64,000 nt of DNA from Octopus vulgaris (lineage: Eukaryota): assembly GCA_951406725.2 (NCBI GenBank), contig OX597822.1:34968001-35032000 (forward strand). The letters are read 5' to 3'. Positions 1 through 13,288 of this stretch are shown here, in pieces; positions within the stretch are counted from its first letter, which is position 1; every line of letters starts with the position of its first letter. The notes beneath the pieces are model-generated. The model made no database searches and was not told the origin of the DNA. It saw only the letters and a program-made list of their open reading frames with translations. The position numbers were made by a program, and so were the translations under genes.

Positions 1-344
1 GCTGACTAGAAAGGAAGAAAGGATAAAGTTGACGATTAGAACAGACTTTTGACATTTAGTAGAGATGATATGGAAGTTCTTCCTCTTTGATTACTATCGC
101 AAACAGCAGTTGCTTTCTTCAATCGAATACACGTCATTGATTGGTTGAAATTACCCAAATACAAATTTAATACGAAATAAATTCTATAATAGGAAATTTT
201 GTCAAACACGTTCAGAATAAACCGTGTTCTACGTAAAACATTCTACCAGTATTCGAAATTTCACACTGTTTAGTTAAAAAGAAAATTAATAAAAAGATCT
301 GTGATTGAGATGGAATAGATCCATGTTTGTTACGGATCTAACCC

Positions 345-471
345 GGTTGACTTTGCCTTTCATCCTTTCCGGGTTCACAAAATAAGTACCAGTTGAATAC
401 TGAGGATGATGTAATAGACTTATTCTCCCCTAAGATTGCTGGCCTTGTGCCAAAATTTGAATGAATATTTG
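345..471 (+). mobile_element. SINE type A, 3' fragment (Deu/Nin-domain-like)
   Basis: Contains gactttgcctttcatcctttccggg...aaataagtaccag, shared with the full copies at 33052 and 50866. Confidence 0.8.
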
Positions 472-1325
472 TTTCAGGCTTTTATTTTTTGATTTCTCAA
501 GCCACTGACATCAACGCTACCATTCCACCTTTAGATATTGATTAATGAAATACTGAAAACTATATAATCGTCGAACTGTACTCCCACAAGTTATAGATCT
601 TGTACCGCAGTTAGAAACAATGACTAAGTCACAAATCCGCTTCAGAGCGCCTAAAAATACATTCATATATTTCAAGATCTGTACTTGGAGTTCAAATCAC
701 AGCGCAGTTAAATTTATCTTTCATCATTCTGGTCTTGAAAACAATCAATTAATAATCAAGAAATTCGGTCACGTTTATTGACTAGTCTCCTTCAATTATT
801 GCGGGCCATGCGCCTATATTAGAAATGATTATTGTATTGTTGCTTTCCCATACAAAATAATCGGGAGAAACATTGATATTTTCGACAATGACATATAGCT
901 GTTGGGCCATCTTAGAACCATTCTGTGAAGGATGCAAGTTCTAATTAGGTTTAGAGGGTTGGCCTATAAGATTGAATTATTTTAGTGTAATTACATATTT
1001 TAGACACTATAAATGGGAAGAGCATTATTGATTCAATAAAAAGAGGAGAGAAACGAAACAATTTAAAGCAGTCATACCAATATTCTATGGTTTCATTTTC
1101 CAAACTGTTTTTTTTCAGGAAAATGGATTGCATTCGTCAACAACGAAATATATTCATACATAAAGAAATACCAAAGAGTAGTGATAGTGAGTGGGTTAAG
1201 CTACGTGTACATAAATATATAGGTCAGGAAAATTATACCTATATATATATATTTATATTCTTTAGCGTTTAGTTACAAAAAATTATTTTCTCAATCTGCC
1301 GGTCAAAAGGTAAAGATCACGCAAC

Positions 1326-1395
1326 TTGTACTTAATTTATAAACCCCGGAAGGATGAACGGCAAAGTCGACCTCGGCGGAATTTGAACTCAGAAC
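1326..1395 (-). mobile_element. SINE type A internal fragment
   Basis: aggatgaacggcaaagtcgacctcggcggaatttgaactcagaac matches other type A copies. Confidence 0.8.
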
Positions 1396-1429
1396 ATATG
1401 TATATAAATATTCTTTCCCGCCACAATAT

Positions 1430-1550
1430 TCTGTATTCAGTCTCGCTACGTGAAACCTGCAGCAAGTGTCTTCTGCTATAACCTTGGGACGACCAAAGGT
1501 TCCTAAGTTGATATGGTAGCAGTATACTGAAAGGAGCACGTCGTGTATGT
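1430..1550 (+). mobile_element. SINE type B 5' half, degraded
   Basis: gcaagtgtcttctgctata...gaccaaag resembles the copy at 48445. Confidence 0.6.
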
Positions 1551-1890
1551 ATATATGTGTGTGTGTGTGTGTAATATACGCGTACGTAATTACACAGTGA
1601 TGTATGTATGTACGGCTACAAAGAATGTTGATTATACTGATATTAGAGAAGCATATTTATATCTGTTGGATTTAGTTGAATGAAGTATTAAATCGATGTC
1701 ACAGAATTTAAAATCAATCGCAGTAGCGTGAAATGCAATCTTTTGGCATATTCGGTATATTCCATAACAGAAAAGGTATTATGAGATACAATGTTTATGA
1801 ATCCGTGAAAAGTTCCAGCCACTTAATTTTCATTCCTACTCATACCTCAACAAAACAAAAGGAACAATACAATAATAGAGATAATAATAA

Positions 1891-2102
1891 TTTCAAATGT
1901 TGGCACCAGGCCAGCTATTTCGTTGGATGGGGTAAATCAATTCACCCGATCACCAGTGCATAACTAGTACTTATTCTATCCACCTCCGAAAAGATGAATA
2001 GCAAAATCGACCTCGGCAGAATTTGAACTCAGAACGTTAGGCGAGGCGAAATGTCGCTAAGCCTATTACCTGTCATGCTAATGATTTTGCTAGCTCGCCG
2101 CC
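1891..2102 (-). mobile_element. SINE type A, near full length
   Basis: Reverse strand begins ggcggcgagctagc, then gttctgagttcaaatt (B-box-like) and the aagtac(t)ag core. Confidence 0.85.
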
Positions 2103-2150
2103 TGCTACTAAGAATATCTTATTCAGTGTTATTGTAAATTTGATGATAAA

Positions 2151-2151
<1 letters not shown>

Positions 2152-2191
<40 letters not shown>

Positions 2192-2215
2192 TATTATTAT
2201 TATTATTATTATCAT
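2152..2215. repeat. (TTA)n microsatellite
   Basis: Direct observation. Confidence 0.95.
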
Positions 2216-2225
2216 CATTTATTTG

Positions 2226-2479
2226 TTATTGCCCACAGGTTGCTAAACAGAGGGGACAAAAAGGATAGATAAAGGGATTAAGTTGATTACATCGATCCCA
2301 ATGCGTTACTGGTACTTATTTAATCGACTCCGAAAGGATGAAAGACAAAGTCGACCTTTCATCCTTTCAGAGTTAATCAAATAAGTACCAGTATAGCACC
2401 GGGATTGATATAATCGATTAGTCTTCCCCCCACCACCACCCACCAAATTTCACGCCTTGTGCCTTTAGTAGAAAGGATT
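2226..2479. mobile_element. Two SINE type A 3' halves joined in inverted orientation
   Basis: Minus copy 2226-2355 and plus copy 2356-2479 meet at aaagtcgac|ctttcatcc. Confidence 0.75.
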
Positions 2480-3064
2480 GCTATTATTATTATTATTAAA
2501 ATAAAATTAAGCTTCTCTGTTTTACTTTATCATTCAGTCCATCTATTTGAATAACAGGTTCGACATTCATTTTAAGTAGGTGTTTTAATGACATTTCTTT
2601 TCTTAATTTCCTTTTATTCGCCAACATAACAATAGTTATCTGACATTCTTGAATGATATTCTCACTGCTAATTTCCCGCGCAGATTTTTTTTTTTTTTTT
2701 TGTTTCCCGCGCAGATTTTATACTCTTCCCTTCACTCGCTATTTTGTTGACTAGATTTTCTTATTCAGTTGCTCATATCCAACCTCTTCCTCACGGTTTC
2801 CTTTTACGCTCAAATATCGACACGTTTCGCTTTCACTTCCTCTGTGCCTTTCATTCGTATCTATATAGTGAGTGGGTAAAGCTGTCTTCTGATAGAAAGT
2901 TAATTGTTGTATTTCCTTCAATCGATATACATCATGAAAGGTGTATATACACACGCACGTACAAACACTTACATATATAGACAGAACCACATACACACAA
3001 ATCTCTCTCTATATATATATATGCTTCTACACGCATTTTTTTCTCTCCTTGTTTTTTCTATGTA

Positions 3065-3102
3065 TCTTTCTGTCGAAGAGCGTAGGCTTGAAACGTAAAA
3101 GA
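3065..3102 (+). ncRNA. Minimal type I hammerhead-like motif with a core mutation, in a Penelope-type cassette (to about 3200)
   Basis: UCUUU-CUGUCGA-A-GAGC(guag)GCUU-GAAA-CG-UA-AAAGA; stem I 5 bp, palindromic ACGU helix III, A>U change in CUGA. Confidence 0.6.
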
Positions 3103-3196
3103 CTTTTTCTATTTCTATTCCTGAGCGCTATACTAATACATTTGTTTGTTTGTACTCCACCTGCCTTCGTCTTTTGTTTATTTTCGTAAACATTCC

Positions 3197-3230
<34 letters not shown>

Positions 3231-3706
3231 CAAAATATAAAGTTATATCTTGAGTGACAACAACGCTCAAGATATACAACGGACTGGAAATAGTAGTGCT
3301 CTAATGAGCTGTATACACTTTTTTTTATCCGAGGGGTGGCAATGCGAGCAACAACTAAAGGAACATTACAAAATCCACAGAAGGATCAAACACATACAAA
3401 TATTCACATATTCATTTATATCTATAAAGCCCGACGTTTAAAAATTTAGTAATATACAAATAAATAAATATATCATATAAAAATATAAATTTTGCATATA
3501 ACACCTTGAATTTACGCTTAAAACATTTAGTATAAATTTGTTACAATAAAAGAAATCCAAATAATAATAAATAATAAATAAATACAATGACATATTAAAA
3601 GACGAATTAAAATTCTAGAGAAATGTACATAGTAGATAATAATTATACAAGTTTACAAAAATACAAGTTTACAAATATACATAGAAGTCCATCTATGACC
3701 GGAGAC

Positions 3707-3877
3707 GGTCCAAAAAAACGAGGAGAGATAGGGTCTGAATAGTTTTCAAATTATGTAAATGTTTGTATGGACTCTATTAAAAGAACATAAGAGTGATGTG
3801 CTAGTATTAAATAGAACCCCCTGTTTTTGTCTTCGAATCAGGAGGTAAGTCAAAGCTGGTTGTTGAGCAGGTGAAAA
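3707..3877 (+). repeat. ~170 bp direct repeat, copy 1
   Basis: Nearly identical to 5426-5596 (about 3 substitutions by eye). Confidence 0.9.
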
Positions 3878-4051
3878 TGAGACATCATATATTCAAAATT
3901 GACATTCCCCTCGTCAGGATGTCCTATACGCACAACACATAGTATACGGGAACAAATGCACAATTATACATACATGTATAACATATTATGCTTTATATAT
4001 AAAATATATTAATATACAAAAATATTCGTAATTATTAAAACATATCACGCA

Positions 4052-4215
4052 CAAGGCATGCTTCCTTCAGTTCCCTTCCATCATAACAACTCACAAGTCT
4101 TTGGGAGGTTCGGGCTATAATAAAGGACAGTTGCGCAATGTGGAGCATAGCGGGACTGGATCCAAGATCACATGGTTGGGAAGCAAGCTTATTAACCATA
4201 CACCAACGCGTACCT
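4052..4215 (-). mobile_element. SINE type B 5' half
   Basis: cttccttcagtt...gggactgga...tggttgggaagcaagctt..accatac resembles 57079-57241. Confidence 0.7.
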
Positions 4216-4263
4216 CCATAGTTACTCTTACAGACACAAACACATATACACACTGCATATATG

Positions 4264-4320
<57 letters not shown>

Positions 4321-4481
4321 GGCGTCTTCCTCTAGCATGTGGCATTACTCGGTAGTTACCCTTATAATTTTATGGTTATATTTATAAAATTAAATACTTT
4401 GTATTAATGTTTACCTAAATTGATTTTTACATGCTAGCTACTTTATAAAATCCTATATAGATCTTTTCCCTTGACTATAAT

Positions 4482-4530
<49 letters not shown>

Positions 4531-5425
4531 AAAATGTATGTATTTATGTTAGTATGTATATATACATTGCTAGGTTGATAAAAGTGATGGAGTTACTGCT
4601 TATACTTTCGTAATGTGCGATAATTTTTATGGCACATCCGGAGTACTGGCCATAAAAATTTTAATTAAAATATGTCGTTGTTGTTGTAGGAAAAGCATCA
4701 ATAGTATTGTAGGACGAATGCATATTTGTCCTATATTAACACAGTAGAAATGCAGTTATCGTACGTAATAAATTTTTTTTCAAAATTAGTAATTATGATA
4801 AAAATGTTCATTAAGATCTATCAATGAAAACTCTGCATACGAAAGTGCTGCAAAGATTTATTTTATATTCATAATCGATATGCATCCACACAAGATGTGT
4901 AAGTAAACGTGCACAGGCATTCGTCTATGGAGACACACACACAGATATATTGACACCCACGCGCTTGCAACGTAATAATGTATATGTATATGATAATGTG
5001 CATGTATGTGGTAATGTACATGTATGTGATAATGTACATGTGTGTGTGTGCGTGTGTGTGAACATGTGTGTTTTGTGTGTGTACATGTGTGTATTTTGTG
5101 TGTGTATATGCGTGTAAAAGTGTCTAAAAATTCTTAGTTCTTTTCAATTACTGCAGAATTGAAGACTTCAGTCGAAGAGACAACACAATGCCTTTTTTGT
5201 GCAGTAATGCAATCGATGAAATCGATTACAGAAGTTAACTGCTAATTACTTCATCGATCTCAACAGATTAAAAATCTAAATGGACTTAGAACAGGTTTAA
5301 ATTTAGAACGTAAAAGGACGCAATTATCACAAAGTACTTTGCACGATACCCTACCGATTGCGTCAATCCATCATTATTTTTGGTTTACTTTGATGAGGAA
5401 CGGTAGGCATGACAACTCATTTCAG

Positions 5426-5596
5426 GGTCCAAAAAACCGAGGAGAGATAGGGTCTGAATGGTTTTCAAATTATGTAAATGTTTGTATGGACTCTATTAAA
5501 AGAACATAAGAGTGATGTGCTAGTATTAAATAGAACCCCCTGTTTTTGTCTTCGAATCAGGAGGTAAGGCAAAGCTGGTTGTTGAGCAGGTGAAAA
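5426..5596 (+). repeat. ~170 bp direct repeat, copy 2
   Basis: Nearly identical to 3707-3877. Confidence 0.9.
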
Positions 5597-5807
5597 ATAT
5601 CCACCAACCGGAGACCTGACCTTAATGCTTGCATATGAGCGCATTACAGTAAAGGTATCTTAGGTTTCAGATGACAGACTGCGACGATCCTGATTAACCA
5701 CGGCAGAATTTGAATTCAGAACACAAGGGACAGAGAGAGACAACGCAATGTATCCATCCACCGGAGGACCATTATTGTTAGATAATTTCTTATTGCCCCA
5801 GATTATC

Positions 5808-5996
5808 TATTTCTTTATTACCCACAAGGGGCTAAACATGGAGGGGACAAACAAGGACAGACAAACGGATTAAGTCGATTACATCGACCCCAGTGCATAA
5901 CTGGTACTTACATCGACCCCAGTGCATAACTTATCGACCTCGAATGGATGAAAGGCAAAGTCGACCCCGGCGGAATTTGAACTCAGAACGTTACGG
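5808..5996 (-). mobile_element. SINE type A, 5'-truncated, with TSD
   Basis: Flanked by cccagattatc (5797-5807 and 5997-6007); internal duplication of catcgaccccagtgcataact. Confidence 0.9.
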
Positions 5997-8900
5997 CCCA
6001 GATTATCATTTGGCTGATACCGACCCTTAGGTAATGCGAAGCTATGGTAGAAGACACGAACTTAGGAGCTGAACAGTGAGATCAAACTCGAAGTCATATC
6101 AGTCTTACAACGACCTTCTTCACTGCATAGGTTCCTTACGACTATAGTGAATTAATATCTAATCACATGCAGTGCTACTTTGGAGCAGCATTGTATAACA
6201 CATTAATTCCAATCCACTTTAATGCAAATAAGGGAAAGAGCTGGACACGTTGAAATCACTCTCATTGGTGAATTAATTGACCTACGAAAGCGTATATAGA
6301 TTGTGATCATGTGCCAGCATCTAACAGATCAATACAATTTATTAGCGCGTTGATTTCATACAGTTCAGCAATTAACATTCATTTACTTTGGTGTTAGAAG
6401 GTAAATAACAATGATGTGTAATTTAAATGCCAGAATAGAATGGCTTTAACATAACTCATTTGCTGTCTTTTCTCGACTTACATCATTTGTTTTTCATTTC
6501 CAGTCTTCTCCAGACTACAATCATATCATCAACTTTCCCTTTCACCATCCACTTCTATCCTTCATTTTGGTTCTGCTAGCTTTTGCTATATTGATTGAAT
6601 CGTCCTATTGTTTTAAGAAATATATATCTGACGATTGCAGTGATAACCAGCTGTGTGGCATCACGTAATTTCCTGTAACTATATATTTTTCTACATTATA
6701 TTTAAATATTTTCTTTATTCGCATGTCAATGGCATGAGAAAACTACAATCTTATAAAAGTCGTAGAATTCAGATCAGAAATATGGAATGGATTGTTTTCA
6801 TGACATGACATTTAAAGCACTAACTCACATTCTATTCTGGTTGAATCTGTTCACCTAAGCATTTTATGGACTGGTTCCAACTTCCCGTACATGAAAATGG
6901 CATTAAAGTCTACTCTCTTCTATGTTCTGATCAACGTACTTTTGTATTTTTATTTTATTTATTTGAAGACAGGTGCGAAATTATGTAAGCAGTGATGTTC
7001 CGTAGGATAAAATGCGATGTAATATATACTTGCATGCTCATACACTCCGGGCTCAAATCTTAACAAGTTTTGATATATTTTATATATATTGTCTCTTTTT
7101 ACTCATTTACCAAGATACAATAAAATAACACATGCTATCATAAGCATAAGACCAGGGAAGTATTGATAAGGGTTAATGCATTTTATCAATCATAACACCT
7201 GGCTTGCAATATATTTAACGAGCCTGAAAAGACGAAGGGTAAAGTTGTGCATAGCAGGATTTGAACTTAGAATATACATTCTAAATTTAGGTTCTGAGTT
7301 TAAATCCCGAGAATGATTCTTCTCTGGATAATCAAGAAATAAGGTTATCTAGCTATTGGAATAATTCATATCAATAAACATATCTTTGTGAAAATATCAG
7401 AAATAATTACGAACTTTAATCATATGCGAAATAATGACTTCTTTCATTGACACGGGGAGAAATGTGTTGGTAATATATGAATTTATTCAAACATACGTAC
7501 TCATAGACACACCACAATATAAACATGCACATACACACACACACACGCATATCTCTATATCGACCGGTCTATCGGGTGTTGCTATACCCCGTTGGCCACA
7601 ATGCAATTCCTCGCATTGTTTTTGCTTTCAAATGATGCCATCTCCTCCACACACGCACGCACACACACACACATCTATATAGAGGTATCTCTTCGAAACC
7701 GCCATTAACTTTCCACATATCTCTGTCTCCGTCGAACACCCCAACAACACTATCAGCATTATCACCTTCTATACACCCACTAGCCTTCTTTTCATTCTTA
7801 TTTTGTATTTTCCTTCTGCTATTCCATCCGCACCAAACACGCTCTCTCTTACTCCCAATTTCGCCTTTTCCGCTGTCTCTATTGATGCAACCAAAACTGT
7901 GAGACCCAGTCACAATACTAGCCCGTCACTTCATTCGACGTAGGTTATCCTCAGACTAGATCAAACCGCCCTAATCGAAGCCCACCAACTACTAACTGCA
8001 TCTTCGTTCCTCTCCGTTTCCACCTATTGACCTTACTCCTTGGCCATAAAACCCTATGCGCTTTCCACTTTTCCCGGTTCAGTCCTACCACTCTACTATT
8101 GTTACCTAATCCAGCCCATTCCCAAGTTCATGTATGTCCGCAACGTACGCGGCTTTCTGGGCCGTAGATCCCTCTCCACCTTCTACCCCGTCATTCCTGG
8201 ATCCTGAAGTTTTTCGACATTGTTGTCACACCTGTCTCTTCTTCACCAACACCATCTTTCTCATATGATGATATCACTGCACCTTCCGCATCTTCGATTC
8301 CTTCACTTGCCCCTCTCCCAGCGTCTTCTATTGCTTGAAATATTTCCTCCGTGAAACTGGATGCCATGTTGGTGATCAATTATATGAATAATTTACTGAC
8401 ATCTGGCTCGGAAATCAAAAGTCTTTCTCCCGTTACGACACAAAACTACGTTCTACAGTAGTTTGGTTGGCCTAACATAATGACTCCAGCCTTAATAGGT
8501 TTCAAACGGGAGTGACTTTTTTTTATTTTCCTCTCCAAACTATACCCCTTCGGCCTCAATTCACCATCTATCTTACTGTCACATTTCTTCCTACACACAC
8601 ACATACACAGACTCTCTCTCTCTCCCACGCACACACACACACACACACACCATCACTCACACAATCACATATGAAAGAAATACATCACAGAAGTATTTGT
8701 ATCAAATTCATGGGAATACACTCACCTTACATCACTAAGTACACATATCTGCATCCACATACACACAAAAACCTAAACTTGTGTATGTGAGCAACGTACA
8801 TAAACATATTGGCACACGCATTCACATATGCTGAGCAGTTACACTTTTAATTCAGTCACACATACACAACCACACATCAGACTATCTCTCAGTTTAGCAA

Positions 8901-9643
8901 CCATCAGTTTCCACTGAGTAGTTCCGTAACTCGTGTACACACATAGTGATACTCCCAATATAATATAACAAAATGTCTACGTCCACCCATCCCTGCTCTC
9001 TCTCTCACTCACTCTCTCTCTCTTTCTCTCTCTCAAGCTCATACACTACTGCAGGATTATGGTCTGAGTGCAAATCTCGCTGAGATCAGTTTCAAATTTC
9101 ATTTTTTCGGGGTTGACAAAATAAGGTACCATTCCAACACTGGAATCATTGGTGTTATCTGATAAATTTCCCTTAAAATGGCTGGTATTATGTCCATATC
9201 AGAAACCCTTATTGGTAACGCGTACATGAAAAGTATGTGTGAGTTTGTACGTGTGTATGTTTGCGTGTGTGCTTAACTTTTCAACTATTCCTACGAAAAA
9301 CGTAGAAACAGTTGGAAAAGATAACCATTTCTCTTCACATTTATTACAACCGACTTAGTTGTAACTGCTACGATTTTCGGAGAAGTAGTTTTATTTGAAC
9401 ATCAACGACGGGCATGCGGTATATACATTGTCGTTACAAACATCGTCTAAAGCAGCATTTTATATACATATCTGTGGATAACTGACAGTAAGAACTACTA
9501 TCAACGATGATGCCATTTTCTAATTAGCTAAAAATTAATTAAAAATTTCCTTGTTTTCAGTATTAAATTTTCTTTTTCACTTATACATCTATGTACATAT
9601 ACTCCATTCATGCAAACAAATATCTTTACCATGCGAACGTGTT

Positions 9644-9646
<3 letters not shown>

Positions 9647-9722
<76 letters not shown>
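9647..9722. repeat. (CT)n microsatellite
   Basis: Direct observation. Confidence 0.95.
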
Positions 9723-9723
<1 letters not shown>

Positions 9724-9802
9724 AATTCCATTGAAAACGTTAGTAAGAGCTATTGGCGCTTAAAGAAAACCCGGAACTTGTCTTAGTATTAGCTACATAA
9801 TA

Positions 9803-9983
9803 AGGCAGCGAGATGGTACAATCGTTAGCACGCCAAACAAAATGCTTAGAGGCATTTCGTCCGTCTTTACGTTCTGAGTTCAAATTCCGCCGAAACTCTC
9901 ATTTACTTTCATCCTTCTGGGGTCGATAAAATAACTACCCCCTCCTCCCGAATTTGCTGGCATTGTGCTAAAATTTGAACCGA
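9803..9983 (+). mobile_element. SINE type A with degenerate 16-bp TSD
   Basis: Head ggcagcgagatgg..aatcgttagcacgcc; flanks tattagctacataata and tactagctacacaata. Confidence 0.85.
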
Positions 9984-10389
9984 TACTAGCTACACAATAT
10001 ATTTTATTAAATAAGAAACTCCTCAATCGCCAGATATTGGTGTTAGATGAAGGCGTGTATTAGACGTACTCCATCAGGAGATTGCAACTCTTATGTAAAG
10101 GAAACTATTTAAAATAATCTAAATATATCAAAAGGCAACGTATTCCGTCCAGGTCAAATTTGCGTTCTCCTGATAGGGACTTTACGTTGTAGGACCTGGG
10201 GCATTGTAATATTTGTTCTTGTTCTTGCATTCTCAGAACTTAAGTGGGGAATATAATCCGAGTAGAGGTGTAACATCACACGCTTCTCCTTAATTTACCC
10301 TGTCAAAAGTATTCGAGATAATTCTACGATATACAGGATGCGATGGCTAAATTGTCACCATTATATATTTTTCATTTCGCACATACTCT

Positions 10390-10606
10390 CTCTTTACACT
10401 CTTTTACTTGTTTCAGTTATCTGACTGTAGCCATGCCGGAGCACAGCCTTTAGTCTAGCAAATCGACCCCAGGACTTATTATTTGTAAGCCTATTCCATT
10501 ATTCTATGCTTTTGCCGAACCGTTAAGTTGCGGGGACGTCAACACATCATCGGTTGTCAAGCGATGTTGGGGAGGAACAAACACAGACACACAAACATAT
10601 ACACAT
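10390..10606 (-). mobile_element. SINE type B 3' half
   Basis: cttttacttgtttcag...gccatgccggagcac...aatcgaccccaggactt...ttgtcaagcgatg. Confidence 0.85.
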
Positions 10607-10710
10607 ACTTTCCCAATGATACTCGGTTTACCTACCATTATAAACAATACCAAATGTTTTTTCTCAAACCTTTTATAATGTGATACAAGTCTTTGGTGTA
10701 GCAATTGCAC

Positions 10711-10803
10711 GCGGCTGAAGAAGGCTTTTGAACTACCTGTTATGTCGATTATACATTGATATAAGAATAAGTTGTTCTATAAAGCCCGAAACATATGTAC
10801 CGC
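10711..10803 (+). ncRNA. Type I hammerhead ribozyme candidate, intact core
   Basis: GCGG-CUGAAGA-A-GGCUUU...AAAGCC-C-GAAA-CAUAUG-UA-CCGC; stem I GCGG/CCGC, long structured stem II, palindromic ACAUAUGU helix III, GUA triplet with predicted cut after 10799. Confidence 0.75.
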
Positions 10804-10924
10804 AACATTCTTTGTGTCCTGTTTTTCCTTTATTTCATATGATACATATATCCTATCACCTATACTACCAGCTGACATATACAAGTGCTTACATTTATCA
10901 AACATTCACCCCGAATTTATGGTA

Positions 10925-11021
<97 letters not shown>

Positions 11022-11814
11022 CATGTATACACATACATATATATTATACACACACCTTTATATATATCTATCTCATATTCATATATATGCAAATATAATT
11101 ATATATAACTATATGTATCATCTATATAATCGCATACACCTATATGTACGTATATATATATATATATATATATAGATATATATATATGATGAATTGTTGA
11201 TATGTATGAGATTTAGCATTTTTTGCAAATATGTGTTTATGAAAGAGTGATTCAGCGATTAGATCTCATTCATCGACACCCAGAGGAGAAATGAAACACG
11301 AAAAACTGTAGAAGTGCGTTCAGGAAAAAGAAACTGTACATTAAAAAAAGATCATAGACACTGCGTACAATCGAACATAAAGTCGCAAAATTCGTAATGG
11401 TTATCAAACGGATAAAAGAAAAAACAAATATTGCCGAATGAACTTTAAAATTACCTTATTCTTTGATTCCATCCACTGTACACAAGAAAGATAAATAAAT
11501 AAAATAAATTTGAAATAAAGAAAAGAAAGTAATTTCTTTGTGAGAACTTTTAAAGACTATAATCTAAAGGTTACGAAAATATATTTAGTGCTTCTATAAA
11601 ATTCTATATCTCAATTGCTTGTAATTTTCATCCTAAATTATCGCGTCGTTTGAATATATAAATCATTTTACTTACCTATTCATTGTATAGCATAAACTCT
11701 CTGAAATACATGTGTGTGTGAGTGTGTGTGTGTGCGTATGTTCCACACTCACCTTCCCTCTCTCTTCATTTTCCTTCTCACTATATACATCAATGCACAC
11801 ACATATATGCATAA

Positions 11815-11848
11815 ATATATATATATGTATATATATGTATATATATGT

Positions 11849-11890
<42 letters not shown>

Positions 11891-11962
11891 GCATATATAT
11901 ATATATGTATATATATGTATATATATGTATATATATATATGTATATATATATGTGTGTATTT

Positions 11963-11993
<31 letters not shown>

Positions 11994-12095
11994 TATATAT
12001 ATATATGTATATATATATGTGTATATATATATATATATGTATATATGTATATATATATATATGTATATATATATGTGTATATATATATATATATA
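11815..12095. repeat. Compound (TA)n/(TATG)n microsatellite
   Basis: Direct observation; accounts for the YI/CV-repeat ORFs. Confidence 0.95.
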
Positions 12096-12164
12096 TTTTA
12101 TTGTGTTGGAATGTTCATGTTCCATAAAACCGTACCTACACACACGCACACACACATACACACA

Positions 12165-12211
<47 letters not shown>

Positions 12212-12604
12212 ATGTACATACTATTGTCTGGAGACAAACTCAATCCCCGATGTAATTCTAGAATGTTAACTTTATAATCATGTTAGTAATAGCAAACAAG
12301 TAAAATATATTGTGTTCATTTGCTGAATAATGTCTCACTAATATTTATTAGTCTTGTTGTTGTTGTTGTTGCTATCGTTTGGTCTGGCATCGAACTTATC
12401 TCAGATTTAATCGATTCCTGATTCGAATAAATTTATATTTATCTATCTTTTTTTTTTATATATAAATGTCTTATATATTTTCTGTGTAACTCGTAATCAG
12501 TTCTTGATTATAGAAATAAATATTTTTTTGTGATTGTTATTTCCGTTATTAGTTTCATTAATTGGCTACTTTTCGCTTCTGGTTTTGCGCACACAGATAC
12601 AAAC

Positions 12605-12612
12605 ACACTCAC

Positions 12613-12688
<76 letters not shown>

Positions 12689-12702
12689 AAACACACACAC
12701 AC
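12605..12702. repeat. Compound (CT)n(CA)n(CG)n microsatellite
   Basis: Direct observation. Confidence 0.9.
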
Positions 12703-12967
12703 ATGTGCATGCATTTGTGTATTTATACATACATAAATACATACATTGACATAGATATGAATGTGCATTCATCTATATATGTAGATATGAGCCACATATA
12801 AGTTCATGAGGATATACATGAGTGTGTGTGTGTGTGTGCGTGTGTGTGTGCGCGTGTGTGTGTGTGTGTGTGGACATATGAGTTCTGTATAATATTTTTA
12901 TTTTTGGGAATTTTGATCAGTCATTTTATTTATTTTCTGTTGTTATATACAGCTTTATTTCTGATAT

Positions 12968-13024
<57 letters not shown>

Positions 13025-13205
13025 TGTATTTTTACCTTGTTAACAATTAACAGAGAAAAAATAAATAAATAGTTACCAGGACAGCAAAAATCTCACAAGT
13101 AAAGGTGTTCTAACTCCTTGTTTATAAAGGTAGAACTTCGTCTTTACGTTGAATATTTTGAATATTTTTTGCTAAAATGTCTTATTGGCGAGTTTCGTTT
13201 TTTTC

Positions 13206-13288
13206 ACTTTCCTGAGAAGATTGCATTGTTTATACCATTTATTCTTTTGAATAGTATCAGTGGAATTTTCGAAACATGTGTCGAAAGT
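13206..13288 (+). ncRNA. Hammerhead-like motif with a small core deletion
   Basis: ACUUUC-CUGA-GAAGAUU...AAUUUUC-GAAA-CAUGUG-UC-GAAAGU; perfect 6-bp stem I and GUC triplet, nGA of the core missing; cassette flanked by (TA)n. Confidence 0.6.

Noticed and set aside
11676-11700. 25-nt minus-strand micro-exon with a perfect AG|GTAAGT donor
   Set aside because: The acceptor has almost no pyrimidine tract and abuts (CA)n; two of three frames have stops.
11712-12269. ORFs of 136-185 aa
   Set aside because: Translations of (TA)n/(TG)n microsatellites giving YI/CV repeats.
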